Positions 49,546 through 62,502 of a stretch of 64,000 nt of DNA are shown piece by piece. Each line of letters starts with the position of its first letter. Positions within the stretch are counted from its first letter, which is position 1. The notes beneath the pieces were generated by a model. It had not been told where the DNA came from. It made no database searches and saw nothing but the letters and a program-made list of their open reading frames with translations. A program made the translations under genes and the position numbers. The DNA comes from Octopus sinensis (taxonomy: Eukaryota), in assembly GCF_006345805.1 (NCBI RefSeq), contig NC_042997.1:213280001-213344000 (forward strand). Reading direction: 5' to 3'.

Positions 49546-50264
49546 TTTATCAATGACAATATTTGGATCTCTTTAAACCCACTACAAGAAGTGTACTGCT
49601 TAATTTTTGTGGAACAATATAATTTTTATTCATTTTATTGTTGCTACATCTAATAATTTTGTGAATATTGATAATTCTTGTGTGGTGATTTAGTAATTTT
49701 ATCAACATGCAGCAAGCCTATTCCATATAGGAAAATATCTGCAATCACATGTGACGTTACACAAGTGGTTTTTTTTGTTCATAAATTGAGTCAGTCAAAT
49801 TTTATTTTCCTATTTTTTATTACTATAAGTTATTTTGTGAATGCATTACTTTACAGTATTCATAAAATGACTGTATATACCTTGTACCCAAACATTTTCA
49901 TTGTTTTCATTTATACTCATCTACCTTGAATATGTTCTGACACCACATTCTATCTACTCCTATCCAGCCTCATAATGTGGAGCAGCCACAAATCTCCCTT
50001 GGCAATTAGGCACCTAAACTTCCTGTCATATTTTAGCCTCTCAACACCTGGCACAAAGCCATTTCTGTCTCTACTACACCCCCACTTGGTTGATTGGGAT
50101 TTTTATTTTGTGAGTTACTTGTTGACTTCAGTAGCACTAGTGTCAAGAAAAAAGCACATCTAGTACACCTTGTAAATTGGTTGGTATTAGGACAGGCATC
50201 TAGCCATAAAAACCATGCAAAAATAAGCATTTGAGTTCAAAATAGCTGGCTTGTAATCATCATC

Positions 50265-50432
50265 ATCATCGTTTAACATCTGCTTTCCATGCTAGCATGG
50301 GTTAGACGATTTGACTGAGGTCTGGCGAACTAGGCTCCAATCTTGATCTGGCAGTTTCTACAGCTGGATGCCCTTCCTAACGCCAATCACTCCGAGAGTG
50401 TAGTGGGTGCTTTTACGTGCCACCAGCACAAG
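50265..50432 (-). mobile_element. RTE 3'-terminal fragment
   Basis: catcatcatcgtttaacatctgctttccatgctagc...gggtgcttttacgtgccacc. Confidence 0.75.
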
Positions 50433-50704
50433 GGCCAGTTTGGTGGTAATGTAGAAACATTATTTTTTGAATGTGGGGTAGCTGTGGGAAGAGCCTAGAA
50501 AGTTGGGTAATTACTTTTAGAAGACGAGGAGAAGAAACAAAGTTACTGACGAGTACTCAAAACTTGCATCTTATTCAGTTTCCAAAGTCTGTACTACGAA
50601 ACCAATATCAACACAAGCAAGTTGCAAGAGCGACTTCAGCAGTGACACACACACACACACACACTCACCAATGCACACAAATGAAAGGCAATGAATGTGT
50701 GTGT

Positions 50705-51085
50705 GCTCACTGACAAAACTTCATGCTGCATCACATTCGCTAAGTTTTGTCAGTGAACAAAACAGGTCACAGTTTCAAAGTGCCACAAATGAAATTTTTA
50801 ATTAAGTGAAACTGGTAATACTTAGATACAGAGGTCCCTTATCGGTACTATTTAAATACAGTATTACAAAACATTTTAAATGTACACTGTGTGGACATGT
50901 AATTATATCCTAACCCTCCCCTTCATATCGTTACATAGATGCATTGGGACCTCTGTATTAGTGTTGTGAAACTAATGGTTTTTGTGTCTCCTTGAATGGC
51001 TTACAAAATATCTATGCTGCAATTGTTTTTGTTTCAGCACATGATCTCAGATCAAGTCACTTGCTATGCAAGTACCTCTTCATAA
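50705..51085 (+). mobile_element. Second, older copy of the Penelope-like repeat, interrupted by a small MITE
   Basis: 14-bp inverted repeat cactgacaaaactt/aagttttgtcagtg; decayed gtgaaca..ggtcac..gtgcc motif; 3' part matches 5510-5615. Confidence 0.65.
50829..50955. mobile_element. Small TA-flanked MITE (Tc1/mariner-type)
   Basis: TA|CAGAGGTCCC ... GGGACCTCTG|TA. Confidence 0.6.
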
Positions 51086-52747
51086 TTTTTAAAAATCACT
51101 GTGGATAAATGCCAGCAATGACCTTCTCAGGCTCTCCAATTTTTCAATTTCTAAGCAGAAACAATTGGGGGGCAGGGAGTGGGGTTGCCAAAAATTCATA
51201 ATTTCTCAAATTTTCTCTTTTATAGCATATAAATATATTTATGGGGAAAAAATATTGGAAAACATCAATACATGTGAGAGTGATAAAGAAACAAGGAGGG
51301 TTGTCTTTGGATGTGCTAGAAACAACAGCTAAATTGTCCTTAAATCACTCACTTTACCCTCTGAAAATATTAATTAAAAAAAAATTTTTTTTATTTTTAC
51401 CAAAAATGCTCTTCCCATGGTTTTGAAGTGCAAAAAAAAAAAGCCAAAATAGTGTGATTAAAAAAAAACGTTTTCAAAACTTTTTTCATACAAAGATGCA
51501 TTTAAAAAAAAAATGGTAAAAATCCTGAAAAATTTTTTTCCCACAAATGTCTTCATAATTTTAACCTATGCCGTCTGAAAGGGATTTGTATAAATTTTCA
51601 TTAAAAGCTATCCATCTTCCTGAAAGTTATGAGGGGAAAAAGTCAGATCATGTGAATTTTCTAAAACTCCTCTCTCAACTCACTCGGAAAAATTCTTTCC
51701 CATTAATCCCTATATACTCTGAAGCCACAACACCTAAGCGTTATTTTATAGAAAATTTTGTTAAAAAGTATCCATTTTTCTGGATGTTATGAGGCAACAA
51801 AGTTGGGGGCATATTCATCTGTAGTAATGCCCTATTATTTATATGATTTTTTCATTTCATGTTTATTTTATTCATTGTTTACAATGTTTTCTCTCTCACG
51901 CATACACACTGCAAAGCTTATAGATGAGCTGCTGAACTGAAACCTTTATGTTGCTTTGATAAACTGCTTCTCCCTCTGTTGTTGGACTACCATGATGTTT
52001 GTTTAAAAAAGATTATGACTGATTAAATAATGAAAGCAATATTTACTAAGCAAGTGAGCCCTATTATGCAAAGAAATAATTGGACGTAAAATATAAAAAT
52101 TGGGAATCAAATGTGAAAATATTATCAAGGGGCTAGCAGAAAACCACCTGCTAGTATATACAATTAAGGTAGCTATCTGCAATTTAAAAACCCAAAGGCA
52201 CAAGTACAAATGTTACTAAAGTGACTAAGGGTGTAAATCAGCATTGCTAGAAATAAGAGTGAAAACAACTCTTAATCATGACCAAACACTTATCTATTCC
52301 TCTCTCAGATTCACACACTTATTGCAGCAGTCCTTCAGTTTTTCTTAGTAAAACTCGGAAGGTTGGACCTGCAACTAGGCCTTTAGCAATACACTTAAAG
52401 CCAGGAACTTTTCAGCACTCTGTCATACATACATACATATATACACAAGTAAGATAGTGCGGTGTAATTTGAGGTAGATTTTGGTTACTATTTCTATCAG
52501 TTTTAGCAATCATGTAGAAGTCTACGTCATTCACTCATGCAAGGAGGTATTGAAGATTTCATGGCTTTGGGTAAAAAAAAATACAGAAGATTCAGTTAAT
52601 TATGATTTTATTCAACATTGAACCTTATGGAGGAGATGAGAAAGGACTGAAATTTCTAACAGATGAATTATTTAGCATTGCAAATTAAATTTTCTGATCA
52701 ATCATAACCAAATTCCTTGTCATTGAGACACAGATTTCGAAAATCAA

Positions 52748-53018
52748 ATCCATTACTGAAGCTTTACCCGAGATAAGTGCTTATAATAGCGAGAAATGGA
52801 AGTTATGAGAAGTAAAGGTGTCAAGTAATGCTGAATATTATCTATGGATAGACCATAGTTGAGTTCCTGATTCGGTGATTATGTCAGTAAGGGTTCCAAC
52901 TTTGGTCATATATTAGCGTGTGTATATAAACAATTTTTTTCTGTAACGAGATTTAAAAAAAACCCAGCATTTCTCGCTATTATAAGCACTTATCTCGTGT
53001 AAAGCTTCAGTAACGGAT
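52748..53018. mobile_element. MITE with ~50-bp TIRs
   Basis: atccattactgaagctttacccgagataagtgcttataatagcgagaaatg is mirrored at 52968-53018. Confidence 0.75.
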
Positions 53019-53347
53019 AAACAATTCCTTGGCATCTCTCTTAAGGGCACACCTATTTCTTCACAAAAGACTTAAGGCCTACTATTTATAAATGTTCTAA
53101 AATCTACGCAGCCTTGGGGTTTTTTTTTATCTCCTTACGGAAATTTTTTTTATATACACAGGCAGATATTTGACCAAAGTTGGACTCCTTATTCGCATAA
53201 TCACCAAAATTAGCCATTACTCATTGCAACAGAGAAAAGGGTAATAATTGTTGAACACCAAAAATTATCCAGATATTTGATTTGCAACTTCAATTACAGT
53301 CGAGTCAAAGTTGAGGATAAATGTCTTGAGAGAAAAATACACTCCCT

Positions 53348-53404
53348 ATAATAATAATGATGATGATGATGATAATAATAATAATAACGATAATGATCAT
53401 GATG

Positions 53405-53450
<46 letters not shown>

Positions 53451-53746
53451 CAATAATGATCATGATGATAATAATAATAATGATGATGATAGTAATGATA
53501 ATGATGATAGTAATAATAATGATAATGATAATAATAATCATAATAATAATGATGATAGTAATAATAAAAATAATAATTATAATAATAATAATGATAATAA
53601 TAATAACGATAATGATCATGATGATAATAATAATGATGATGATGATGATAGTAATAATAATAATAATAATAAAAATAATAATGATAATGATCATGATGAT
53701 AATAATAATGATGATGATGATGATAGTAATAATGATAATGATGATG

Positions 53747-53780
<34 letters not shown>

Positions 53781-53815
53781 TGATGATGATGATGATGATA
53801 ATAATAATAATGATA
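53348..53815. repeat. (AAT/GAT)n trinucleotide array
   Basis: Direct reading. Confidence 0.95.
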
Positions 53816-53817
53816 AA

Positions 53818-55095
53818 GTAACATGGATGGGGTAGGGGGTGTAGGCATTCTCCTTAATAAGATCATAGAGGTTGTCAGGGTTTGCGATAGAGTGCTTAAG
53901 CTCAGGTTAGTCCTACAGAATGGCACAGCTACGATTATCTCCGCCTATGCCCCAAATGATCAGAAGGACCACTTTTATGATACCCTTCTACAGGCTACCT
54001 CAAAAACTAGTGGCAAGGACCTCATCTTTGTGGGTGGAGACTTTAATGGGCATGTTGGGTGGGAATCGGGTATCTTCACTGGGGTCATGGTGGCCATGGT
54101 ATTGGCACCAGAAATGATGAGGGAACTAGACTACTGGAATCCTGTGATGCATGTAACCTTTTAATCTGCAACACTAACTTCGGGAAGCCTGACTGCCACC
54201 TTATAACCTATCAGCCAGGAGACTCCGCTAGCCAAATAGACTTCATCCTCACCAGACAGCGGGATGCAGGGTCGCTCTTAAATACAAAGACCCTCCCGGG
54301 TGAAGAATGTATCCCTCAGCATAGGCTAATCATTTGTGACTTTAGGCTTGAGGCCAGAAGGACTCCAAGAAACAGACCAATCCAGAAAAGAAGGATTTGA
54401 AAGCTAAAGAACCCTTCACATGGTCAGAGATTTAGGGACATCTTCATCAAGAAATTTGATGAGAGGGAGAAGGAACTACAGACGTCGGACATAGAAGGTA
54501 GCTGGAAATTCCTACGGGACAGCTTGCAGAGTGCCACAGACCAAGTCTGTGGATGGTGCAAAGTCCCTTCCAGACCTAGAGTTACGTGGTGGTGGTGGAA
54601 TAGTGCAGTAGGTGGTGGAATAGCCATTAGTGCAAAGAAACAGGCCTGGAAGGATGGGGGTAGCAGGGAACTGTACCAAGTAGCCAAAAGGGAGGCCGGG
54701 CGGCAGGTATACATAGCCAAAGATATAGCAGAAAAGAAGAAGTTTGCCAATGTCCAGCAACGTGAGGACCGAAGAACAGGTATTTCGGATTGCTAGACAG
54801 TGTGTGAGAGAAAATAGTGATGTTACAGGAGAGAAATGTGTCCGCATGGATGATGGAGCACTTGCTTTTAATGTTGGTGAAAAGAAAGAGGCTTGGAGAA
54901 GCCATTATGAAAGACTGCTGAATGAGGAGAATGAATGGGAGGAGGAGAGCCTGTCAAATGTTGACCCAGTAGAGGGACCAGCTATCCAAATAGACAGCTC
55001 CCTTGTAGTTAAGGCAATTAAGGGTATGAAACCAGGTAAAGCCCCCGGCCCATCAGGTATCGCTGCTGAGATGCTTAAAACAGCTAGTTATGTGG
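53818..55095 (+). mobile_element. RTE LINE 5' part: APE endonuclease, tether and RT start, frameshifted
   Basis: GVGILL...IISAYAP...VGGDFNGHVG...RNDEGTRLL...ICNT.F...QIDFIL...QHRLIICDF; MKPGKAPGPSGIAAEMLK. Confidence 0.88.
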
Positions 55096-55098
55096 GCT

Positions 55099-55640
55099 AT
55101 TTAAGCAGAGGGGGGAGAAGCGAGTAATTTACTTAACGAAATTCTAAGAGATGGAGCGAACAAGGGTCAGTCGGAATTTAGGGACGGTCAGAATTTAAGC
55201 AGAGGGGGGAGAAGCGAGTAATTTACTTAACGAAATTCTAAGAGATTGAGCGAACAAGGGTGAGTCGGAATTTAGGGACGGTCAGAATTTAAGCAGAGGG
55301 GGGAGAAGCGAGTAATTTACTTAACGAAATTCTAATAGATGGAGCTAAAAACTAACAGGTTGTCAGTGATGAAAATATTTAAACACAACAGCAAACTGTC
55401 AGTACTGAAAACATTTAGATAGTTAACTCGAGAGGATATTAGGAATGGAGAAATGAGGGAGAAGAAAGAGGGAAGAGAAAAATGTTCTTAGCTTGACGTC
55501 ACGATCATCGTATGGTGAAATAAAAAATGGCCAAGACTGCAAACAGCGAACAATGGTCATTCGGAATTTAGGGACGGTCAGAATTTAAGCAGAGGGGGGA
55601 GAAGTGAGTAATTTACTTAAAGAAATTCTAACAGGTTGTC
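55099..55640. repeat. 94-bp tandem repeat (three adjacent units plus a displaced partial fourth)
   Basis: atttaagcagagggggagaagcgagtaatttacttaacgaaattct starts at 55099, 55193, 55287 and 55583. Confidence 0.9.
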
Positions 55641-56090
55641 AGTAATGAATAATAATAATAATAATAATAATAGTAATACTAATAATAATAATAATAATGA
55701 TATTAAGAATAATAATAGTAGTAATAGTAGTAGTAGTAATAGTAATTGTAATACTAATAGTAATAGTAATAATAATAATAGTAGTAGTAGTAGTAGTTGT
55801 AGTGATAGTAGTAGTAGTAGTAATATTAATAGTAATAGAAATATTAATAGTAATGGTAATAATAATAATGATAATAGTAGTATAGTAGTAGTAGTATTAT
55901 TATTAGTAGTAGTATTAGTGGTAGTAGTAGTAGTAAAGGTAATAGTAATAATAATAATAATAGTAGTAGTAATATTAATGATAATGATAATAAAAATAAT
56001 AATCATAATTATAATAATAATAATAGTAGTAGTGGTAGTAGTAATAGTAATTGTAATAATAATAATAATATATGTAGCATAGTAGTAGTA

Positions 56091-56127
<37 letters not shown>

Positions 56128-56347
56128 TATTAATAATGATAATAATTATAATAATATTAATGATAATGATAATAATAATTATGTTAATAAGAATAACAAC
56201 TACAACAATAATAATAAAAATAAAATTAATAATAATATTATTTTTGATAATAATAATAATGATAATAATAATATTAATAATAATAATATCATTATTAATA
56301 ATAATATTAATAATAATAATGATAATAATAATAATAATAATAATAAT

Positions 56348-56462
56348 ATGAATAATATTCATCCGAACAAGAATTTGAATTCAGAATGAAGTGATGGGTG
56401 AAATGCAGTTGTAGCTTAGCACTTCGTCCAGCATACTAACGATTCCGCCAGCTTACCATCTT
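56348..56462 (-). mobile_element. SINE family C-like head embedded in the AAT array
   Basis: Inverted near-copy of 62089-62203. Confidence 0.7.
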
Positions 56463-56487
56463 AATAATAATGATGATGATGATGATG

Positions 56488-56530
<43 letters not shown>

Positions 56531-56545
56531 TAATAATAATAATAA

Positions 56546-58077
56546 GAGCAAGAACAGACATACAAATATTTAGGGATAAACGAAGGCTCTGGTATTCAGC
56601 ATGCAAGCATGAAAGAGAAAATCAGGAAGGAATGTTATAGGAGAGTTCGTGCAGTCCTGAAATCTGAACTAAATGCACGTAACAAGGTGTTAGCTATAAA
56701 TTCCTTAGCAGTTCCAGTTGTTACTTATAGCTACAATGTGTTGAACTGGAATATGAGTGAAGTAAAGAATATAGATAGAAAAATACGCAAGCTGCTGAGT
56801 TGTAATAGGATGCACCACCCAAAGGCAGACGTAGATCGCCTTTACCTTCCCAGAGCCCAAGGAGGTCGAGGCCTGATCCAATTTGAACTAGCTTACAAAA
56901 CAACCACAATTGGACTGGCCAAATATCTCGAAATATCGAATGACTGGATGCTAAAGCTCGTGGAAAATCACGAGAGACGAAAGAAGATTCATTCTATCAT
57001 CAAGGAAAGCAAAAAATTTGCTATTGATCTCGTGCAGGATACCCAAACTGAACAACCCGAGGGAAGTACGGCAACTATTGTTGCAAAGAAGGTGAAAATG
57101 ATGGCAATGAAAAAAGCGCACGAGCAATTGGCTGATAGGTGGGAGGAGAAACCTCTGTACGGCAAATATGTGACCCGCAGCAAACAAGCTGATGTTGACC
57201 AGAAGCAAACCCATCAGTGGCTGCGGAGCTCAGGGCTAAAAGCAGAGAGCAAAGGTTTCATCCTGGCTGCTCAAGACCAAAGCCTATTAACCCGGAACTA
57301 CCAGGCCAATGTGATGAAAAATGGAGCAGACCCAAAATGCCGATTCTGCAACGACATGATTGAAACAGTGGACCACCTAATCTCTGGATGTAAAGTCTTA
57401 GCACCAGTGGAGTATAAATTAAGACATGACAGAGTTGGCCAATATCTCCACTGGCTAATAAGTCGGCATTACAATATCAAAACTGCCGACAAGTGGTATA
57501 ATCACCACCCTGAGGCTGTAACTGAAGGAGAAAATGTAACGATTCTGTGGGACTTTCCAGTACATACAGACCGAACCATCAAGGCCAATAAACCAGATAT
57601 TGTTGTGAAAGACCAAAACAATAAAGTTTGCTTATTGATCGACATGAGCATCCCCTGTGATCATAATATCTCAGCGAAAGAGTTTGACAAGCTCAGAAAA
57701 TATAAAGACCTGCTCATTGAAATTGAGAAAATGTGGCATCTCAAGGCGGTTACAATACCAGTGATCGTAGGAGCACTAGGAATGATCAAGAAGGGAACCG
57801 AAAATTATATGAGAATGATCCCTGGCTTACCATCCCTGCAAGAAGTGCAAAAGATTGTCTTAACTGGTACATCACACGTATTGAGAAGAGCACTGTCGAT
57901 GTGAGAACTGTTGCTGCTCATGTATTTTAATTTAACTTTAAAAAAAAAAAAAAAAAATGAACGAACTACTGAGTTTGGTTTAATGGCCTACCAATATACA
58001 CTATGAGTTTCTTTGCCCTAGGAGTCGGGAAGACACTCGGCAAGAAATGGAAGAAAATTTGAAAGAAGAAAAAAAAA
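56546..58077 (+). mobile_element. 5'-truncated R4/Dong-clade non-LTR retrotransposon with RLE endonuclease, in (TAA)n
   Basis: Uninterrupted frame 56546-57904: YKYLG (RT end), RLYLPRAQGGRGL, CRFC..ETVDHLISGC knuckle, RHD, KPDIVV..LIDMSIP..K..KY; short 3' UTR, then (TAA)n. Confidence 0.92.
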
Positions 58078-58689
58078 GTAATAATAATAATAATAATAAT
58101 GATAATAATAATAGTAATACTAATAATAAAAAAAAATAATAATATTAATAATAATAGTAGTAGTACTAGTAGTGGTATTAGTAATAGTAATAATAATAAT
58201 AGTAGTAGTAGTAATAGTAGTAGTAGTAGTTATATTAATAGTAATAGAAATATTAATAGTAATAATAGTAATGGTAATAATAATAATAGTAGTAGTAGTA
58301 GTAGTGGTAGTAGTAATAGTAGTAGTAGTAGTAGTAGTGGTAGTAGTTGTAGTAGTAGTAGTAAAGGTAATAGTAATAATATTAATAATAATAATAGTAG
58401 TAGTAGTAGTAATAGTAATATTAATGATAATGATAATAATAATAGTAGTAGTAGTAGTAGAAATTGTAATAATAATATATGTAGTATGTGTTATTAGTAA
58501 TAATAATAATAATAATAATATTAATAATGATAATAATTATAATAATAGTATTAGTATTAGTAGAAGTAGTAATATTAATAGTAATAATAATAATAGTAGT
58601 AGTGGTACTATTACTATCAATATTTCAATTACTATTACTGTTACTACTAATACTACTACTACTATCATTAATATTATTTTTATTATTAT

Positions 58690-58752
58690 ACATGGCAGTG
58701 CCCCAGCATGGCCACAGCTCATAAGCTGAAACTAGAATCAATCAATCAATCA
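58690..58752 (+). mobile_element. SINE family B-like 3' terminal fragment
   Basis: ggcagtgccccagcatggccacagctc..gctgaaactag followed by (ATCA)n. Confidence 0.55.
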
Positions 58753-58795
58753 ATTATTATTATTACTACCACTAATACTACTACAACTAAACTAC

Positions 58796-58834
<39 letters not shown>

Positions 58835-59666
58835 TACTATTAGTATTACTACTACTACTACTACTACAGCTTCTACTACTACTACTACTACTATTATTAT
58901 TATTATTATTAATATTATTATCATCATTACTATTATTATCATTATTACTATTACAATTACTAATACTATTACTACTACTACTAATACTACTACTAATATA
59001 ATATATATTATTATTATTATAATTATTATTATTTCTATTAATATTAATAATAATAATAATAATAATAATAGTAGTAGTAATAGTAGTAGAAGTAGTAAAA
59101 GTAGCAGCAGTAGCAGTAGTGGTCATAGTTGTAGTATTAGTAGTTGTAGTAGTAGTAGTATTAGTAATAGTAATAACAATAATAATGATAATGATAATAG
59201 TAATAATAATAATAATAATAACAGTAATAGTAGTAGTAGTAATACTATTACTATTAATATTTCAATTACTATTACTGTTACTACTACTACTACTATTATT
59301 ATTATTATTATTATTACTACTACTATTACTACTAATGTTATTATTATTATTATATTATTATAATTATCATTATTACTATTACTACTACTGCTACTACTAC
59401 TATTATTATTATTATAATTATCATAATTATTATTATTTTTATTACTATTACTATTACTATAAAAATTACTACTACTACAACTACTACGACTACTTCTACT
59501 ACTTCTACTACTACTAGTATTACTATATATTATATTATTATTATTATTATGATCATTATCATTATTATTATTTATTATTATTATTATTATTATCATTTAT
59601 ATTATTATTATTATTATTATTATTTTAATTATTATTATTATCATAGTACTACCATTATTATTATTA

Positions 59667-59706
<40 letters not shown>

Positions 59707-59798
59707 TAATATTATTATTAATATTATCATTAATATTAGTATTATTATTATTATCATTATTATTATTATCATTATTATTACGATTATTATTATTATTG

Positions 59799-59830
<32 letters not shown>

Positions 59831-60148
59831 GTCATTATTATTTTTTTATTATTAATTATTTTATTATCATTATTATTATCATTATTATAATTATTATTAT
59901 CATTATTAATATTATTATTATTATAATAATAATTATTATTAATTTTATTATTATTATTACTATTATTATTTTTATCATTATTGTTATTATTATTAATATT
60001 ATTATTAATATTATTATTATTTTTATTATCATTATTATTAATATTATTATTATTATTTTTATTATTATTATTATTATTATCATTATTATTATCATTATCA
60101 GTATCATTATTATTATTATTCATATTATTATTATTATCATCATTATCC

Positions 60149-60186
<38 letters not shown>

Positions 60187-60827
60187 ATTATTTTTTATTA
60201 TTATAATTATTATTTTTGTTATTATTACTATTATTATTATTGTTGTAATTATTATTACTATTATTATTATTGTAATTATTATTATTATTATTTTTATTAT
60301 TATTATTATTATCCTTATAATTAACATTATTATTAATATAATTATTATTATCATTTTTACTATTATCATAATCATTATCATTTTCATTATCATTATTGTT
60401 ATTATTTTTCTTCTTCTTATTCTTCTTATTGTTGTTGTTCTTGTTTTTATTGGTAATTTTATTATTATCATTATTATTATTATTATAATTATTATTAATA
60501 TTATTATATTATTATTATTATTGTTATTATTATTAACATTATTTTTATTTTTAATTAATATTTTTATTATTATTATTATCATTATCATTATCTTTATTAT
60601 TATTATTAATATTATCCTTATTATTATTATTATTATTATTATCATTATTATTATTATTATCATTGTTATAATTATCATTATTATTATTATTATCATTATT
60701 ATCATCATTATTATTATCATTATTATTATTAATATTATTATCATTATTATTATTTTTAATATCATTATCCTTATCATTGTCGTTATTATTGTTATTATTA
60801 TTATTATTATTACTATTATTATTATTC

Positions 60828-60858
<31 letters not shown>

Positions 60859-60982
60859 CATTATATTATTATTATTATTATTATTAATATTATTATCATT
60901 ATTATTATTTTTAATATCATTATCCTTATCATTGTCGTTATTATTGTTATTATTATTATTATTATTACTATTATTATTATTC

Positions 60983-61013
<31 letters not shown>

Positions 61014-61027
61014 CATTATTATTATTA

Positions 61028-61066
<39 letters not shown>

Positions 61067-61085
61067 CATCATTATTATTATTAAT

Positions 61086-61120
<35 letters not shown>

Positions 61121-61364
61121 CATTATTATTGTTATTATTATTATTATTACTATTATTATTATTCTTGTTATTATTATTATTATTATGATTATCCTTATTA
61201 TTATTATCATTATTAATATTATTAATATTATTATTATTCTTATTATTAATATTATTATTAGTAACATTATTATTATTATAAATATTATTTTTTATATTAT
61301 TATCATTAACACTATCATCATTATTATTATTATCATTATTATCATCATCATCATCATTATTATA

Positions 61365-61531
61365 ATGGTGAGCTTGCGGAATCGTTAGTACGCTGGACGA
61401 AGTGCTGAGCTTCAACTGCTTTTCACCCATCACTACCTTCTGAATTCAAATTCTTGTTCGGATGAAATGAGTATCTGCGGAGCATTGGGGTCGATGTGAT
61501 CTAATTGCCCTTCGGCACATATTCAGGCCTT

Positions 61532-61533
<2 letters not shown>
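61365..61533 (+). mobile_element. SINE family C-like copy followed by an (ATT)n array
   Basis: ggtgagcttgcggaatcgttag...tctgaattcaaattc...ggggtcgatgtg...caggccttgta. Confidence 0.7.
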
Positions 61534-61598
<65 letters not shown>

Positions 61599-61618
61599 CA
61601 TCATCATTATTATTATTA

Positions 61619-61658
<40 letters not shown>

Positions 61659-61832
61659 CATCATTATTAATATTAATATTATCATTATCATCATTATTAT
61701 TATTATTATTATTATCATCATTATTATTATTATTAATATTATCATTCTCCTTATCATATCATTATCATTATTACTTATATTATTATTATTAACATTATTA
61801 TTATTATTATTATTATTATTAGTATTGTTATT

Positions 61833-61863
<31 letters not shown>

Positions 61864-61928
61864 TAATCATTATCATTAATATTTTATATATAATTTTCAT
61901 TATCATTATTATTTTTTTTTATTATTTA

Positions 61929-61970
<42 letters not shown>

Positions 61971-62002
61971 CATTATTATCATTATTACTATTATTATTGT
62001 TA

Positions 62003-62039
<37 letters not shown>

Positions 62040-62088
62040 GATTATTATTATTATTATTATTATTATTATCATCATCATCTTCATTATT

Positions 62089-62203
62089 AAGATGGTAAGC
62101 TGGTGGAATCATTAGTATGCTGGACGAAGTGCTGAGCTACAACTGCATTTAACCCATCACTTCATTCTGAATTCAAATTCTTGTTTGGATGAATATTATT
62201 CAT
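62089..62203 (+). mobile_element. SINE family C-like head
   Basis: Inverted near-copy of 56348-56462. Confidence 0.7.
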
Positions 62204-62204
62204 A

Positions 62205-62243
<39 letters not shown>

Positions 62244-62390
62244 CATCATTATTTTCATTAACATTAACATTCTCATTATCATCATCATCATCATCATCAT
62301 TATTATTATTATTATTATTATTATTTTTTTTATTATTGCTATCATCATCATCAATATCATCATCATGATAATATAATAATTGTATTAATT

Positions 62391-62427
<37 letters not shown>

Positions 62428-62444
62428 CGATATTATAAATTTGT

Positions 62445-62502
62445 AGTCTAGGCACAAGGCTTGAAAATGTGCTGAGGGGCAATTAGTTCACATCGACCCC
62501 AA
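62445..62502 (-). mobile_element. SINE family C-like 3' fragment abutting the 22-bp array
   Basis: Reverse complement of the 3' part of 61365-61533. Confidence 0.6.

Larger units (their letters stand above)
55645..62430. repeat. ~6.8-kb degenerate (AAT/AGT)n array with strand switches and internal duplications
   Basis: AAT sense to ~58615, ATT to ~59043, AAT to ~59245, ATT to ~62380; 155-bp tandem duplication (60761/60916). Confidence 0.9.

Noticed and set aside
53294-62376. Long poly-Ile/Asn/Leu/Tyr/Asp ORFs
   Set aside because: Translations of (AAT)n-type repeats in frames lacking stops; no coding signal.
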